A stretch of DNA of 64,000 bases, taken from NCBI GenBank assembly GCA_030295235.1, contig AP026144.1, positions 186,001 to 250,000 on the forward strand, written 5' to 3'. Shown in pieces: positions 37,877 through 51,721 of the stretch. Source of the DNA: Fistulifera solaris (taxonomy: Eukaryota). The stretch's first letter is position 1; every line of letters begins with the position of its first letter. Under the pieces are notes generated by a model. That model did not search any database. It saw only the letters and a list, made by a program, of their open reading frames with translations, and was not told where the DNA came from. The translations under genes were made by a program, and so were the position numbers.

Positions 37877-38953
37877 TTTGTGTTGGTGATGTTCAGTTGT
37901 TTGTTATCGACTTTCGAGGAACTCAATTACCTCTTTCCCGCAGCAGACACGACCTTGACACCGTCAGTAATGTGCAGAAGGTTGAATGGCGCTGACGGGA
38001 AAGGAATAGAATGATGGCGTTTAAGGAGAAGTGTCGACACCAGCGACGTTTTGGCGTCAAGACTTTGTCGTCGAAAATAATGAGGGAACTTCTGTTCCAA
38101 TCTTCAGCAAGTCTTCTCCGAGTAGAAGAACGTGATGCAGCTCAATGTTCTTATCTAACAAGATTAGCGCTAGTGTCAAACGCTCCCAAGAAAACACGAG
38201 AAGTAATGTTCCAGAAAAAATAAGGATTGGCTTGACCGAGGCAGAATGAAAGACAAAGAGTCTTTTCTTTCTCGCTTTGCTGCTTCCGAGTGAGCTTTCC
38301 TTTTTGAAAAAGCAGAAAATAAGAATGCTTTCGCTTCCTGTCACTAACAGTCAGCTCAATTCACCACGTTGAAGTGTTTGCAGCGAACTGTTGTTATCGA
38401 TCAAGTTCGGTAACAAATCATCGTTTCTCTTGGAAAAGAAGGGAGCCGAAAGCTTCATCACTTCTACTACAGTGTGGGGTCGTGTCGCGTGCCGCGGGGT
38501 AGTTCTCTACAAAGTACATAATACATAATTCCCCTGAAAACTCTGACTGTTATGCGCCAAATTGCACTATCGACTATAGTGTTTGCGTGGAGGGTGATGC
38601 CCGCTTTCCAAGTTAGTAAATGTGTGTCGCAGAGCGTGATTGCTTTCGGCAACCAGACACAGTGTGATCCATGGTCGAAAACATAAACCTGGTGGTCTCT
38701 TTTCTTCAGTGTAGAGGTAACGCAGCGACAACAGAGGGTTCTCGCGGCTCGCTGTATCGAATATCGAAACGGATCGCTCGCGTGCTCGCGTCGTTCATTG
38801 ACTCAATGCAAGCATTCGAATACTAGTAGTAAACAAGAACGACAATAGACATTAACGTCGACGCATTCAAAGAGAAGTCGTGTATATTTCGTTTAACTAT
38901 TGATCTTCAAAAAGCTCTCAGTGAGAGAAAGGCTAAGAGCGTAATTCATCGTC

Positions 38954-40603
38954 ATGTTATCCTTTACCATTCGACTGTCAACGGGCACAAAATGGACTAT
39001 TACGCTGGAGGAAGGTGCGACCGTTGCAACCACCACCGTCCTTCAAGTGAAGGAGCATCTAATGACGTTGAAAGATCAGCATGAATACCTCAACGACGCG
39101 ACGATCGACACTATTCGATTGATTTTCAAAGGACGCATTCTTGAGAATGAGCGAGTCTTATCCGATTATCAAATCGTCCCCGACGCAACTCTTTTTCTCG
39201 TCAAGAGTGCGAACCGCAGCAACGCGAGTCCGGCTACACCTTCGAATACAACAACTGCATCTAGTGCCCCACGACCTGCTCCAGCGGTCCCACCTGTTCC
39301 TCCTGTAGCCAGCGTGACTAGCACACCTCCACTTTTCAATCCGTGGGGTGCTTCGGGATTCGGCGGTGCACCTCCTTCGCTAGACAGTATGATGAATCAC
39401 CCGCCGAGCCAAGAACAGATGAATCAAGTACTCAACAATCCCATGATTCAAAGCATGCTAGACAGCAATCCCGATTTCTTACGCAACATGCTACAGTCGC
39501 AAATGCAAAACAATCCGCAATTGCGGCAAATGATGGAGTCGAATCCTGCTTTAGCGCAAATGATGAACGATCCTGCCGCGCTCGATCAAGTCATGCAAAT
39601 GATGCGCAATCCAGCGGCCTTTCAACAGGTCTTGCGTCAGCAAGATCTGGCGCTTTCGCAGTTGGAAAATATGCCCGGTGGGATGGCCGCATTGAGTTCC
39701 ATGTATCAGCAATACCAGCAGCCTTTGGAGGAATCTATGATCGGTGGTGGTAGTAGTAACACGAGTCACGCTTCGAATACCAATGGCAATAGAAACGGTG
39801 AAGGCTCTATGGCGGGAGCATCCGGTCAAGCCATGCCGAATCCCTGGGGTAATGCGTCGTCTTCGAGATCCACAAATTCGAGCCGAATTCGGCCAGCAAA
39901 TCCCATGATGAATCCTTGGGCGAACATGGCTGCCATGGCGAACAACAATGGTAGTAACAATCAAGGTGGTGAACCGGATTTGTTCTCGCCGTTTGGTGGA
40001 TTAGGAGCTATGTCGGCGCCTGGGATGGCTCCGTCGCCTGAGCAACGCCAAGCAGTCCTACAGATGATGGAAAATCCGGCTGTACAAAATATGATGCAAC
40101 AGGCTATACAGCAAAATCCAGAAATGTTTCGACAGGCTTTGCTGGCACAGAATCCCATGATGGAACAAATGTTTCGAGGCAATCCGGCCATGCTCGACCA
40201 CATGATGCAACAGATGATGAACCCAGAGACACTTCGTGCTATGTTTCAAATGCAGGATCAGCTGCAAGGATTGAACCTAGGACAAGCCGGTTACCAACCG
40301 GATTCACTGAACTTTTCGAATCTTCTTGGTGGTGTGGCTCCAGCCGCGGAGCAACGTCCTCCAGCGGAGCGTTACGCAGTCCAATTGAGATCGCTCTATG
40401 ATATGGGATTTGACGATGAGCAGCGCAATTTGCAAGCTTTGGAGCAGGTACACGGAAATCTGAATAGAGCAGTAGACTATCTTTTGACAATGCCATTATC
40501 TTCGACCCCTCCTTCAGCAAGCGCGCCAACGAATAATTCAACGACATCGGATACGGGAGCGCCGTCCGAACCGAAGGATGCAGATGATAAGAAAAATGAC
40601 TAG
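38954..40603 (+). CDS. DSK2: Ubiquilin/Dsk2-like shuttle protein (UBL-STI1-UBA)
   Basis: RLIFKGRIL UBL, Met/Asn/Pro-rich STI1 repeats, ERYAVQLRSLYDMGF...GNLNRAVDYLL UBA. Confidence 0.93.
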   Translation: MLSFTIRLSTGTKWTITLEEGATVATTTVLQVKEHLMTLKDQHEYLNDATIDTIRLIFKGRILENERVLSDYQIVPDATLFLVKSANRSNASPATPSNTTTASSAPRPAPAVPPVPPVASVTSTPPLFNPWGASGFGGAPPSLDSMMNHPPSQEQMNQVLNNPMIQSMLDSNPDFLRNMLQSQMQNNPQLRQMMESNPALAQMMNDPAALDQVMQMMRNPAAFQQVLRQQDLALSQLENMPGGMAALSSMYQQYQQPLEESMIGGGSSNTSHASNTNGNRNGEGSMAGASGQAMPNPWGNASSSRSTNSSRIRPANPMMNPWANMAAMANNNGSNNQGGEPDLFSPFGGLGAMSAPGMAPSPEQRQAVLQMMENPAVQNMMQQAIQQNPEMFRQALLAQNPMMEQMFRGNPAMLDHMMQQMMNPETLRAMFQMQDQLQGLNLGQAGYQPDSLNFSNLLGGVAPAAEQRPPAERYAVQLRSLYDMGFDDEQRNLQALEQVHGNLNRAVDYLLTMPLSSTPPSASAPTNNSTTSDTGAPSEPKDADDKKND

Positions 40604-41960
40604 ATTGCTGCTGCTTTTGAATCTTTAACTTTTCTGTACAAATCCATCGTTTCAAATAGGACAGCCATAATTGTACCTTTCGTTGTGCATTTTAAAAATC
40701 TTATGCCCCTTACCAGAAAGACGTCCTCCTACTGACGCCTTTCTATTTAGTGAGAAATGATACGAAAAAATGTGAGCTAAATTAGACTTTGGATTGCTTT
40801 GCGCATTGAGTGACTGTTGTCTCCAATTGTCTTGATCACACACTTAACCCAATAGTCGACGAAAGCAACTCGGAATACTATTCGTTGTCCAATATCAACG
40901 ATTGACTCGTTAGATTGAGTACGTGTTATCCCAAGTCGATTTAATGACACTCGGTGAAGGTATTCTCCGCCATTGCCTCTTTCATCATGGTTTGGATCGT
41001 TGCCATATCGAATTTATGAAACAAACATGGAAAGAAAGTACATCGTCCCTTTCGCTTACCGTGACATGCTCGGCATTTTTTCACATTTCATAGAGCTTGT
41101 GAATGATGAACAGGTTTCGCAGCGGCATTTGAGCGTTTTGGCATGCTTCACTTCGGGCACAGACTTCTTGTTATTGAATTTGCTAGCGAAAAACTTTCCC
41201 CCCCTTAAATTTCCTCAATTTTGTTGTCCAGTCGCCTATCGCTGACCTTGATGGCGTTGGCTTCTTTTCGGAATCTAACGAATGTGAATTCCATGTTCAC
41301 GGGCGGCATTTATCTGTTGCGAAGAAACGATGAGTTATGGTTGCGTGCATCGTACTCCCTTTCGCGCTGGCGCATTCAGAAAAAAAAGGTTTAATGGGAC
41401 TGGCGGCAAAATGCTCCCTGTATCAGCAATATCAACAGTCAAAACGCCAGTGTAGTTTAGGTAGACACAGAGAGTCAGATTTCTAGCGCGGGGGCGTTCG
41501 TTTACGCCGTTCCTTGAAGCTATCAGGTATCCTTCGTCCTCGAGATCCGAAATTTCGAATGATAGCCGACCGAAAGGATACCTTACGAAGGCGTTGACGA
41601 CAGCAATTAACGTGGACCCAATTTGTTGTTGTTTCGATGAGTCATGATGTCGATCATAGTGACGCTAATCGGACATGATCGATTGAATGACGCAACAGAG
41701 AAAGATGGACGCAAAGGCACCTCTCGAGAGCAACTTTTTCGATTGGAATGTTAAGTACTTCTGAGGGCTTTCTACGTAACTGTTTGGGCTTCGATGATGC
41801 CAACTGTTACGCAATGAACGGAACTTTGAACGGTAGTGCGTGAGCGTTCGGCCCCACTTCGAACCAGCGCTTTATGCCATGCAACAAAGTCAACGGGCAC
41901 TTCAGGTGCCATATATGGCATAAAGTGAGCTATTATTTACGCAACAAAGTACACAGCCGA

Positions 41961-44900
41961 TCAAAGGAGATATTCAATCGCTCTGCGAATCGAATACGAG
42001 TTGTCACCAGCCGACAAAGTCACAGGTACCTCAAGTGCCGCCGAAAGCAACTCAGCATACCATTTGTTTCCCACTAGAAGAGCTCGATTGGTAGCATAGT
42101 CGAATCGATCGAAAAACTCAAGCGACAAAGCATGAAGCGATCTTACAAGCCACGTATGTGCACCTGTTCCTTTCTCACGGCTGTTGATTGCCATGACACG
42201 ACGAAGTAGAATAAGTGTCACTAACATCGCGCGACCGACGGCTGTAGCGTCATCAATCATCATTCCCTCTTTCCATTTCGAGTTAAGCTTTACTAGAAAA
42301 TTTTGGGCCTCAAGAACTTCTTCAGCCTTGATTTTGTTCAAATCATCCAACATGTCCTTCTCATAGGTGGAAACTTTTTTCTCTTCAATCTTGAGCTGCC
42401 GACCGGACAGCCTTGAATAGCCTTTCCGAACTCGCACCGACTCGTACTTCTCTCCATAATCCACCTTCAATTCTACCTCTGTCCCATCATTCGGTATCAC
42501 CAGACGTCCTTGGCCAGGGTAGCTGTGGCCTATATAATAGTGCATGGCACCCTCGGGGTCTTCTTTGGCAAAAATACTCGGAGTTTCGTTGCCGTCTGTC
42601 TCGTTCGTAAAAACAAGGATGTTGCTTTCCGCCAGTTTACTTAGGTTTCCGGTGTCGTCGTCGGTGATGTCAAACACCAAGTCGTCTTTTCCGTTTGAGC
42701 CAAAAGACCAGGCTTCCGCTTTCCAATTGTGAACAAATTCCTTCACAATGAGAACATGGTTAGGCTTCAAGTCTTCAGTACGCAAGGGTCCGTATACTCC
42801 CAAATCAACGAGTTCTCCCTCTTCGAAGACAAGAGAAGCTTCACGGCAAAGCGAATTAATAGCGGCGAGGGGTGCTGCTGTTATGAAGAGACCGAGACCT
42901 CCGTTAGGTACTTCGGATTCTTTGGCCTTAAGTTGCAAATGGTGCCCCTTTACGACCAAATTAATCACTCGCTGTTGTGGACACGCATGAATCGTCGTAG
43001 GTAGAATGTAGTGGCGGTAAAAAGGCTTTTCCTTGGGAGGACACGCGCTTGGCCCTAAATATAGTTTGCCCTCGTTTTGCGCTGTATAGGCAAGGTAGCC
43101 TGACCATGCATCTGGCTCTTCAACATTGCACATACGTGGATTGGGTGCTTCGTTTCGAACCCCGAAAGCAAACCACTGTCCAATACTAAGATCTAAGATC
43201 ACGTTGAATTGAATCGGACCTTCCTCTGCCCAAGTACAAGATTCTATCTTTCCATAAACAGCTTTCGTCCGACCGTCTCGACTTATCCATTCGCGATAGT
43301 ATCCTTTGTTTACGAGAAAATGTGAAATCTTGTCCTTGTCACATTTCGCCGCGCCAGCGCCTCGTCGCTTGAGAGAATGCCGAGTTGTTACCACGGCCGT
43401 GTCACTTAGCACTTTGTCAGCAATTTCATCTTCTGATACATAAAGATCGTTCACAATTGACTCTTCTAATCCTTCAAGAGGCACAAATTCATCGTCTGGG
43501 ACGTCGTTGCGCTCGTCTCCGTCATCAAAGAAAATATCGACTAAGTTGCCTCGTTTAGCGACAATGGTTCCATTGTACCATTGCTAAAAACGGAAACGTG
43601 AGAAACAAGGTAAGACCTCATGAAGAAGCAACAATCCTATTACTCACGTCATTCTCATGCCATCTTGCAAAAACACGGGTTCCAATCGTTATTTCTTCTT
43701 CTGCTTTAACCTTTGTTGAATTTGCGCCATAAAATTCTTTGAAGCGTGACTTAAGACTATTGTCTGAATAAAGTGCTTGCCGAGCATATCCCTTGTAAGT
43801 CGACATCGTCTTCTTCTTGAAAGCGTAGGTCTTGCAAAGATTAAATACGCAGCGGTTCCCTGCTTTGCACGGGACACAGTTTTTGCAGAAGAACGGTGAG
43901 CAACAGGCAGAGCAGTCACAGCTGTTCTTCGAGTGTGAATGAGGCTTCTCAGATCGTTTTGAAGTCATCACCTCACTCTCGTCCAGAACGGTAATAAGCT
44001 TTCCGTACATTCGTTCGAATTGTTCCTCCAAATGCGTATTTCTAGATTTTGCTTTCACTGCTCGTGCTTTATGCATAAAAAATTTGATTGTAGACTCTTT
44101 GTACTTGTAGTTTAAGCAGGGGTAAAACACACACCCTCCACCCCGAATGCCACGGCATGCCGCACACTTCTGGCACACCTCCTTGGCTGTACATGAAGCG
44201 CAATGTCCGCATCGACTTTTGACTTTCCTGTCGTGCTGGCTTTCCGGCTCGGCCTTAGCCTTGGCGGTGCCGGAGAATACGCCTCCAGATCCGTAAAGTT
44301 GGTCGAACTGTCTTTCAAGCATTTTATTTCCTTTCATAATTGACTTTGCTTGTTGCTTGGCATTGGCTAGCGTAGTTGGCTTGTACTTGTAGGCCAGACA
44401 AAGAGCAAAGACGCATCGTCCCTTCCGAGTATCACGGCAACTGATACATTTATCACATTTTATCGGATTTGTGCACGATGCACAATTCTTACAGTGACCG
44501 ACAAAACCCCGCCCTGTTCTCGGAGCTTCTCCAGATAAGGATGATTCACTAATCAGCTTCACCTCAGCTGCAAGAGGTCCATCACTCCCAAATATTTTCT
44601 CAAACTTGTGCTCCAAGCGTGGATCCCCTGTTTTTACAGTTTTCGCCTCATTCAGGAAGTTGTTGATACCCAACAAAGTGTAGTTGAAGTCAAGACAAGG
44701 GAGAAACGCACATCTTCCTTCCCGTTTACCGCGGCAGCTGCCACACTTTCCACAAAGGTCTCGATCCAAGCACGTAGCACAAACACCGCAAAAACCGTCG
44801 CGTCTCTCAGCGCACAGATTTTGGGTGGTGTCGGCGGCCGCCGAGTTGTCTGCATGGGCTACCCGACCATTTAGTGGCTTGCTTGTAATGACGCCATTCT

Positions 44901-45723
44901 CTCCATAGATCTTTTCGAACTGTTTTTTAAGTCGAACATCCCTGGCAACTATAGAGAATGCTTGTTCCTTGTAATGGCGTAGAGTGGAATCGTTGATGAC
45001 GTATTTGCAACACGGAGAAAAGACGCAACGTAGTTCATATGCGCACCGAGAGCACTTGCCGCAAACAAACGGGTCCGTGCATGTTTCACAGAAGCCGCAA
45101 CAAGAACCGTTTGCGACGGAAGAATGTTGCAAGGAATGATCTTCTTGTCGGTCGGCTTCTGGACATGAATGCCGACCACTATTGCTACCGACATCTTCTA
45201 GGTTATCGCACGACTGAGCAGCTGTGGCTTCCTCGAAACGAGCTCGACGTGCTGCAGGCTTTTCGTCATCTTCATGGCTCTCCCGTGGTCGCTTACAATC
45301 GCGGGAGTCTTCCAGTAATACAGTTTCTGAAACATCGTCGTCGCCGTACTTGTCATTGCCGTTTGCTTGGGCCATAATATTCGTATTCTCGGCCCCAGAT
45401 GATGTAGTAGTAGGAGTAGAGGTCGATCGAACGTGTGCTTCATCGTCTGGACCTTTTTCGTTCTCGGGAGAAAAATGGTTCGCACCAAAATCTGCTGAAC
45501 CAGCTTGAGTAGACGAGTTTTCACGGGACGTTTGACTCTGCCGAACTAAAGTTTCGGATGTTTCCTTCGCAACATCTCTTGATGCATGCAAAGAATCACC
45601 ATGCACGCAAATCGGAGACTTAGGTGGCAAAGCCTCCGAATTGACTTCTTTTCGTTCGAAGAGAGCTGCATTCTCTGCAGGACGAGCTAGAAAGCCGTCT
45701 GGTGATATCTTCGATGAACTCAT
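41961..45723 (-). CDS. Multi zf-CXXC-like + Tudor + divergent SET protein, 1232 aa; join(45723..43648,43583..41961)
   Basis: A 64-nt GTGAGT...TTTTAG intron joins the two long ORFs in frame and reconstitutes Tudor GTRVFARWHEND/QWYNGTI...DIFFDDGD. Five 8-Cys clusters; SET-like ESEVPNGGLGLF...TNE...ELKVDYG. Confidence 0.8.
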
Positions 45724-46656
45724 TAATCAATGGAAATTTTGTGGGCGGCGTCTTGTGTCAATCGTCAACTAAGCGATATCTCTATCCTTTAAGTGATGCT
45801 TGTAAAGGAAATGACGAAGAATGAAGGCAACAATACATTTTCACTGCTTTGTTTTTTTGTCTTTGGTCCCAAAAGTTCAGCCTTCAGCTGTCGCCTGTCG
45901 CATCGTCCGATGTTCGACGTTCGACGTCAACAGTCCCGGTAATTTTAGTCACGCCCACCACTCGATATTCGACGTTGGAAAGCAACGGGGAGACACCGGG
46001 CTTTTCGACATAACACATCGTGGCGTGCACTGCAAATGATTTTAATGGTATACTTATTGTGATAATGAATGATCTATCTTACTTTTTCAGCAAATCGAAT
46101 AAAGTTTCGGTAGTAATCTGTTTCGAAAAATGTTATTCATGACTGAAATGCAGTCGTGGCGAAAAACGGACAACACGTTGGACCTACAGTAAAGACGGAA
46201 AGACAACGATCCGTTATGCTTTTCGACATAATTCAACATGGCGTGCACTGGAAATGCTTCGGATAGTTTTTATCACTAAATTGAAAGTTATGGTTCGTTA
46301 TCCTAGGAAAAGACCGAAATTTCAGTAGAAGTTTGACCCGAACTAAAGCTGCTGCGTGACTAAAATGCAGTCGTGGATACGTTTCTCTTACACTTGGTTC
46401 CATAGTAAACACGGAAGTCAACGACTTCCGGCACGGGTACTTGTAGAAACCTTTTCGATATTGAGCATCGTTCCGTGTGATGCAAATACTTCGAAATCTG
46501 TCTGTATTGCTAGTAAATGACATGTTTAGGACTTTAGGTCGACCATTAAGATAGGAGTAAAGTAAAAGGGTCGCTTTTAAGCATCATTCACGTCGACACG
46601 TCGACGTCCTGCCTGAATTATTTTTTAATCTTCTTGGAGATATCAACTCCAGCCGT

Positions 46657-48023
46657 CTACTCCTGCCAATACAGAGGCTTTCGCTCCAATTTGCCGTGCT
46701 TCAAACGAACATCCATCATGACTTCTTCGAAGGGAATAGGTTTGATGCTCCTCCATGTATTCACTAGATCGTTTGCCTGTTCAAAGTTCTTGCGCTCAAG
46801 TGCAGCTACATCTGACACGGCATGTGTGGTGATGCAATAGCCGGTCTGCGTATCTAAAACAGCCAAAGCCGGAGTTTCAATGATTTTCAAGTTTTTGGAG
46901 AGCTCGTTTTTGAATGAACTAGTGCCGGTTGGCATAGCAGGCCACGGCATCGTGGCAAAAATCTCTTTGAAATCGGCCAGCGAGCGATCATGAGATACGT
47001 AGACGATTTCCAAGTTCTGAGGCAAGGCAATGGTGCAGTAAAAGTCCTTTAATGCTGGATAGAATTCTTTGCACTCGCGGTTCCACTTGGACGCAAAGTA
47101 GAGTAACGTGAGATCACGATCCTTTGTGCATGCCACAACGGACCTTCTGATTAGTCGGCTTTCCGCAAACAAGTCAGGCCCCAAAATGAGTTCCATGGGA
47201 GTTTCCTGACCAGAAGCGGAAGCAGGGTCCTTTGCGTATGTCCTAGCTTTGAATGTTTGGGAACCCGATGAAACCCCTTTACCAGCCGCTGCTATTGTCT
47301 GTGTATTGCCATTCATTTGCGCCGTCGCTGGTGCAGTCTCAATTTCTGTTGAAGTCGATTTCTTTCCCAGTCCGAAAATGCGACGAACACCTGCTTTTGG
47401 TTGAGAAGCAGGAACTGCGCTAGGCGCAGGTGCAGGAGAGGAACGGCTGTTGATGCTTTGGTTGCCGCCGCTGACGTGCCAGTTGAGCTTCCCACTCCGT
47501 TGATATATTTAGGTTTGCCTGTCAAATTTACTTTTCGCTTGACAACTTTTTTCACCTGTCGACGTGGTTCGGCTGCAGGAGTGCCAGGCGATGTCGTATT
47601 GAAAGGAGGAGAAGCTGCTGGTCGGGTCACGGACGTAGTTGCTCGGAAGGGAGCCGCAAAGGGAGCTAAGACTGACGGTTTGCTAGAAGGAGCCGGTGCA
47701 GCGCGAGCTACTGGTGCAGTAAAAGCTGGCTTGGGAGCTGGAACAGCCGGTTCACTTTCTTCCTCCTCGTAGTACTCTTCTTGTACCTCTTCTTCCACTT
47801 CGTATTCATCTCCTTCGTAGTACTCTTCCTCTTCGTAGTATACCTCTTCCTCGTACTCCTCGTCTATTTCCTCCTCATAATACTCAGACTCTTCCACATA
47901 TTCATCGTCATCGGCCAACTGCGCTTTAAGAGATTGAATCTTTTCCTCCATCTGCTTTCGTTCCAGTTCTTCCTCGAGACGTTTCAGCTCGGCTGCGAGA
48001 TCGGCTGGACCTTTGGTACTCAT
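46657..48023 (-). CDS. Nucleoredoxin/tryparedoxin-like thioredoxin-fold protein with Glu/Tyr-rich N-terminus, one frameshift near 47400
   Basis: LLYFASKWNRECKEFYPALKDFY, LEIVYVSHDRS, MPWPAMP, P.LAVLD. The upstream ORF overlaps its start. Confidence 0.75.
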
Positions 48024-48314
48024 CTCAGCAATAGAACTCGTCTCTAATCCCCCAAATAGCTTTTGCTCGCTCTGCTCACGATTGTTAATCTTGCCTTGCG
48101 ATATTTTGTTTCAAAAAATTACCAGTAGTCAATGATCGCGTGAAGTCGATTAATGACCGTCGGCGAAGCTCAAAGGTGGGAAATGACCCGACCAAGTCAC
48201 GAATGAACGTCAATCACGGCACAAATAATATTGACAAGAGAAGTGGGGACTCGACCGTTTCAAGAGCAAAAAATTAGAAACCCCCAACTAACACCTTTTG
48301 TTATTATTTATACT

Positions 48315-51300
48315 CTACAAACGGTCTTCCACTTCCGAGGATTGAAAGAGAGACACAGATCGATCAGACAATGAACCGGCCGCCATACTATGGCAGTCCT
48401 TTCCTTGGCACGCAAGACTTGTCACGCCGTCGAATTCAGTATCTAAAGTCTTGTAAACATGAATCCAATCGCCCTTAGCTTCATCGTATTCATAGCGCTT
48501 GATGATTCCAGTTGCCGTAGCGACAACTACGAAAAGACCGTTTTCGCTTTGGGATCCATCTAGGCTATTCTTGTCGCCGACCCGTTCGCCGAAACTTCCA
48601 ATGATATCATTTCCCAGTCGTTCGTAGCGATCCTCTCGATTAAGCCGATAAACAGCCACTCGGCCGGAATTCTCATTGAAAGCTGGAGCACCGACGGCAA
48701 TCGTATCTCCAGTGTCAGACAAAATGGAAATCGAAGCTCCAAACTCTTCGTCCGAGTGCACGCCGGACAGTGTAAATATTGGCACCCACTTCTCGCTCTC
48801 AAAGTATCGGTAGCCCAAGACGTAACCAGCATCTTCGTGCAGTAAACTACCCGGAGCACCAGCAACCAAAATAGTGCCATCCTTCGATATTCCAACGGAA
48901 GATCCGAAACGATCACCAGTACCTAGCCCATTCAGCGCATTCTCCTCAATTTTGTTCCAGTCTCCTCCTCTTGCTACACTTCGTTCAAACGTGTAAATGC
49001 GACCCACATCATACAAATATTGAAGGCTGCTACGAGGAGCACCGATAGCTACGCGTAACGTATCATTGAGGAGGGTAACCCCAATCGCTGATCCAAAGTT
49101 TTCTCTTTCAGCAAACGTATCTTCGTCTCCGCGAATTGTAGGTCCAAATTGTCTCCACGTACCGGACGAATCTTCGTACTCAAATACATATGCTCCACCC
49201 ACACTTCGGGTTGACGCAAACGCGTTGAGGAATGGCGCGCCGGTCGCCATAAATGTGGACGACGCGACTGCCATGCTCCATCCGAAACCGCTTCCACTCT
49301 GCTCGCCCTGAACTGTACCTAATAGATCGACGTGTCCGCTTTTCGCAGTGAATGTTCGAACAGTGTCCACAACGGGCATACCGATGAGAAGAAGTCCACT
49401 GTCGTAGGCTAGGCTACTACCGAAACCAGTGTTTCCATCTGGCCATACAGCCTGATGGGAAAATACATATTGGGGATCTTGTTGTGATGGTGATGTTTCC
49501 TGTCGTAGAAAATTAATACGGTGAGATTTGGCGTGAGAGATGAAGTATTTCATTCAGTACGACATACCGGGGATTTTGTTGGAGCAGTAGCTGGTTGTGT
49601 AGGAGAGAACGTAGGGGCGACGTTGCTAGCCAATTGTGCGTTTCCATCGTCACTGGAAGTCAACGTAATTGGCAGGATAACCACTAAAAGAATGAGGAAT
49701 ATGCAAGCGATAGAGCCGATAATATAGTCTCTTTGTGACGTCGGATAGACGTAATCTTGTGCGACTTTGATGAAGCTCGAATCTTTGCTCTTGCTAGCCT
49801 TTTCGCTGGAATGAGAAGCATCAGAGACGGCATCGAAATCATCAATTTTGTCCAGTTTTTGCGATGGCTCGTCTGTTTCTCGTTTGAAGCGTTCTGACGA
49901 GACGGACATCGACGCCTTCTGTTTTACAGCCATTGTTGATGAAGTAGCTAGGCGCGCAGCCAGGTTCTTCGACCCTAGACCTAGTTCTTCTCGTGCTTGC
50001 GTCGCAATACTGAAGTATGACCCACTAGGCAGCGATGACGAATTAGTGTAGGCGCATGAAACCGCATCTTGTGGATCTTCACAGGCTGCCATGTAGAGTT
50101 GGGGATCATCTATGTTTTCAAGCTGATGAAGACCTTCTTCCATTGAAATGAATCCATCGACATCATCGGTAGGAGCGAGGCGAGGTTCATCATGGATGCG
50201 ACACAACTCGTCCGATTTTTCAATCGGAGACCCGACAAAGAAGCCCAGCTCGTCAACCTGGTCATAGTTGACCGATGAAAACCTGTCTCCATTGAGTCCA
50301 TTGTAATAGGCTAAGCCTTCACTGTGTTTTGAGGGTGTCACTTCACTCAAAAGTAGTCTCTTTTCACGTTCTTATCGTCGAGCTGGTAGTTGTTGGAAGT
50401 ATCGGCGAGGGCTATTTCACTTTCACAGCTACCCTCGCTAATTTTCGAGTCCGGAGTTCCAAGAAGAATATAGGATCTACATAAGGTTTCGTAATGGTCG
50501 CGCACCGAGTCGGATGAGAAATCATCGTTGACCTCGTCGCTGCTTTTTGTGCCGCCCTTCAATGACGGGCGGTCTTTGGCGAGTTTGCGGGTTAGGCGAT
50601 CGCCATCTTTACCGCGTTTGCTCGGTTTGCTCTCCTTCTTCGATTTACTGGACCGCGAGCCCACGGAGCTGTCATGACTATTTCTTCGCTCTTTTTTGCT
50701 TTTTTGATGTCCGGACACTCGTATTTTCAACAGATGGATCAACGGAATGACCCTGGCTATCTTCATCCGTCTCAAGTTTACGCCTACTCGAACGAGAACT
50801 AACCGAGCCAGTCCGACTACTTCGTCGCTCCTTCTTCTTGCTTTTTGACTTCTTGCTTGTTTTGCTGCTTGTTGAAACGCCACGACTATTAACGGAAGCC
50901 GTTTCTCGGCTCAAAACACTTGCATCCTCCTCCTTTAAACTTGATTCGCCATTCGCCGAATTTTCCATACTTTTCCGGTGTTCTGTTCGGAGTGAGTTCG
51001 TTCCCACTTTTTCTTCTCGCTCAAGGTTTAAACTCAAAGCTGGTTTTTCTTTGATGGGACTCGAAAACTGAGCTGGGACGGTGTTGCGGCTTGGAGACGA
51101 CTCAACGAGGCCGTCATCGAAGAGGTTACTGGTTTGAATCGTCTTTGCCCGAGAAGATTGCGACCCGTCTTGATTTTCAAAGAAACTGATACTTTCCTTC
51201 ACTTTTGACGTCTTTTCTTGATCGGCATCATACCTACTTCGCGCTTGCTTCCCGATGAATGGAGACTCGGGCTCTTTCGAACGAATGCGCGGGAAGCCAG

Positions 51301-51721
51301 CCATTTCCTCGTCACTCGCGACATTGCTTCCATTCTCTGTACTGATATGGCGGAGAATGAAACGAGGTTCGTCTTTCGTATCCCCTTCGAGTTCGGGAGT
51401 CACACGTGCGGTTTGCTTCGTCCGACTGGGCGGAATGTCCATGCTCTCTTGCGGTGTAAACTTGCTAATGTCGAGTAAAGTTTCATCTCCCGGGGAAGAT
51501 GTGCGATCCGTAGACTTTTCAAACGAAATGTAATGTGATTTTTCGTCAATCGAAGAGTCCTCGACACTGTAAGAGCCAAAGAATGCCCCAACAAAGAGAG
51601 AGTGACTAGTAGGAACGGGCTCGGGGACATCAAACGCATCGAACAGACGATCCATCTGCTCCGTCGTGGTGCTTCTGTCTTTATTCTCTGTTTCACTCAT
51701 TGTGGTTGTTTGTTGCTCCAT
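48315..51721 (-). CDS. Single-pass membrane protein with FG-GAP (integrin-alpha-like) beta-propeller, copy A (intron 49500..49567, two frameshifts)
   Basis: Long charged disordered N-terminus, TM IIGSIACIFLILLVVILPITL, PTFSPT stalk, repeats FGSS...GAP...GR(I/V)Y. Confidence 0.8.

Noticed and set aside
40973..41900. Open stretches between ubiquilin and the CXXC-SET gene
   Set aside because: No credible start, splice structure or domain signal.
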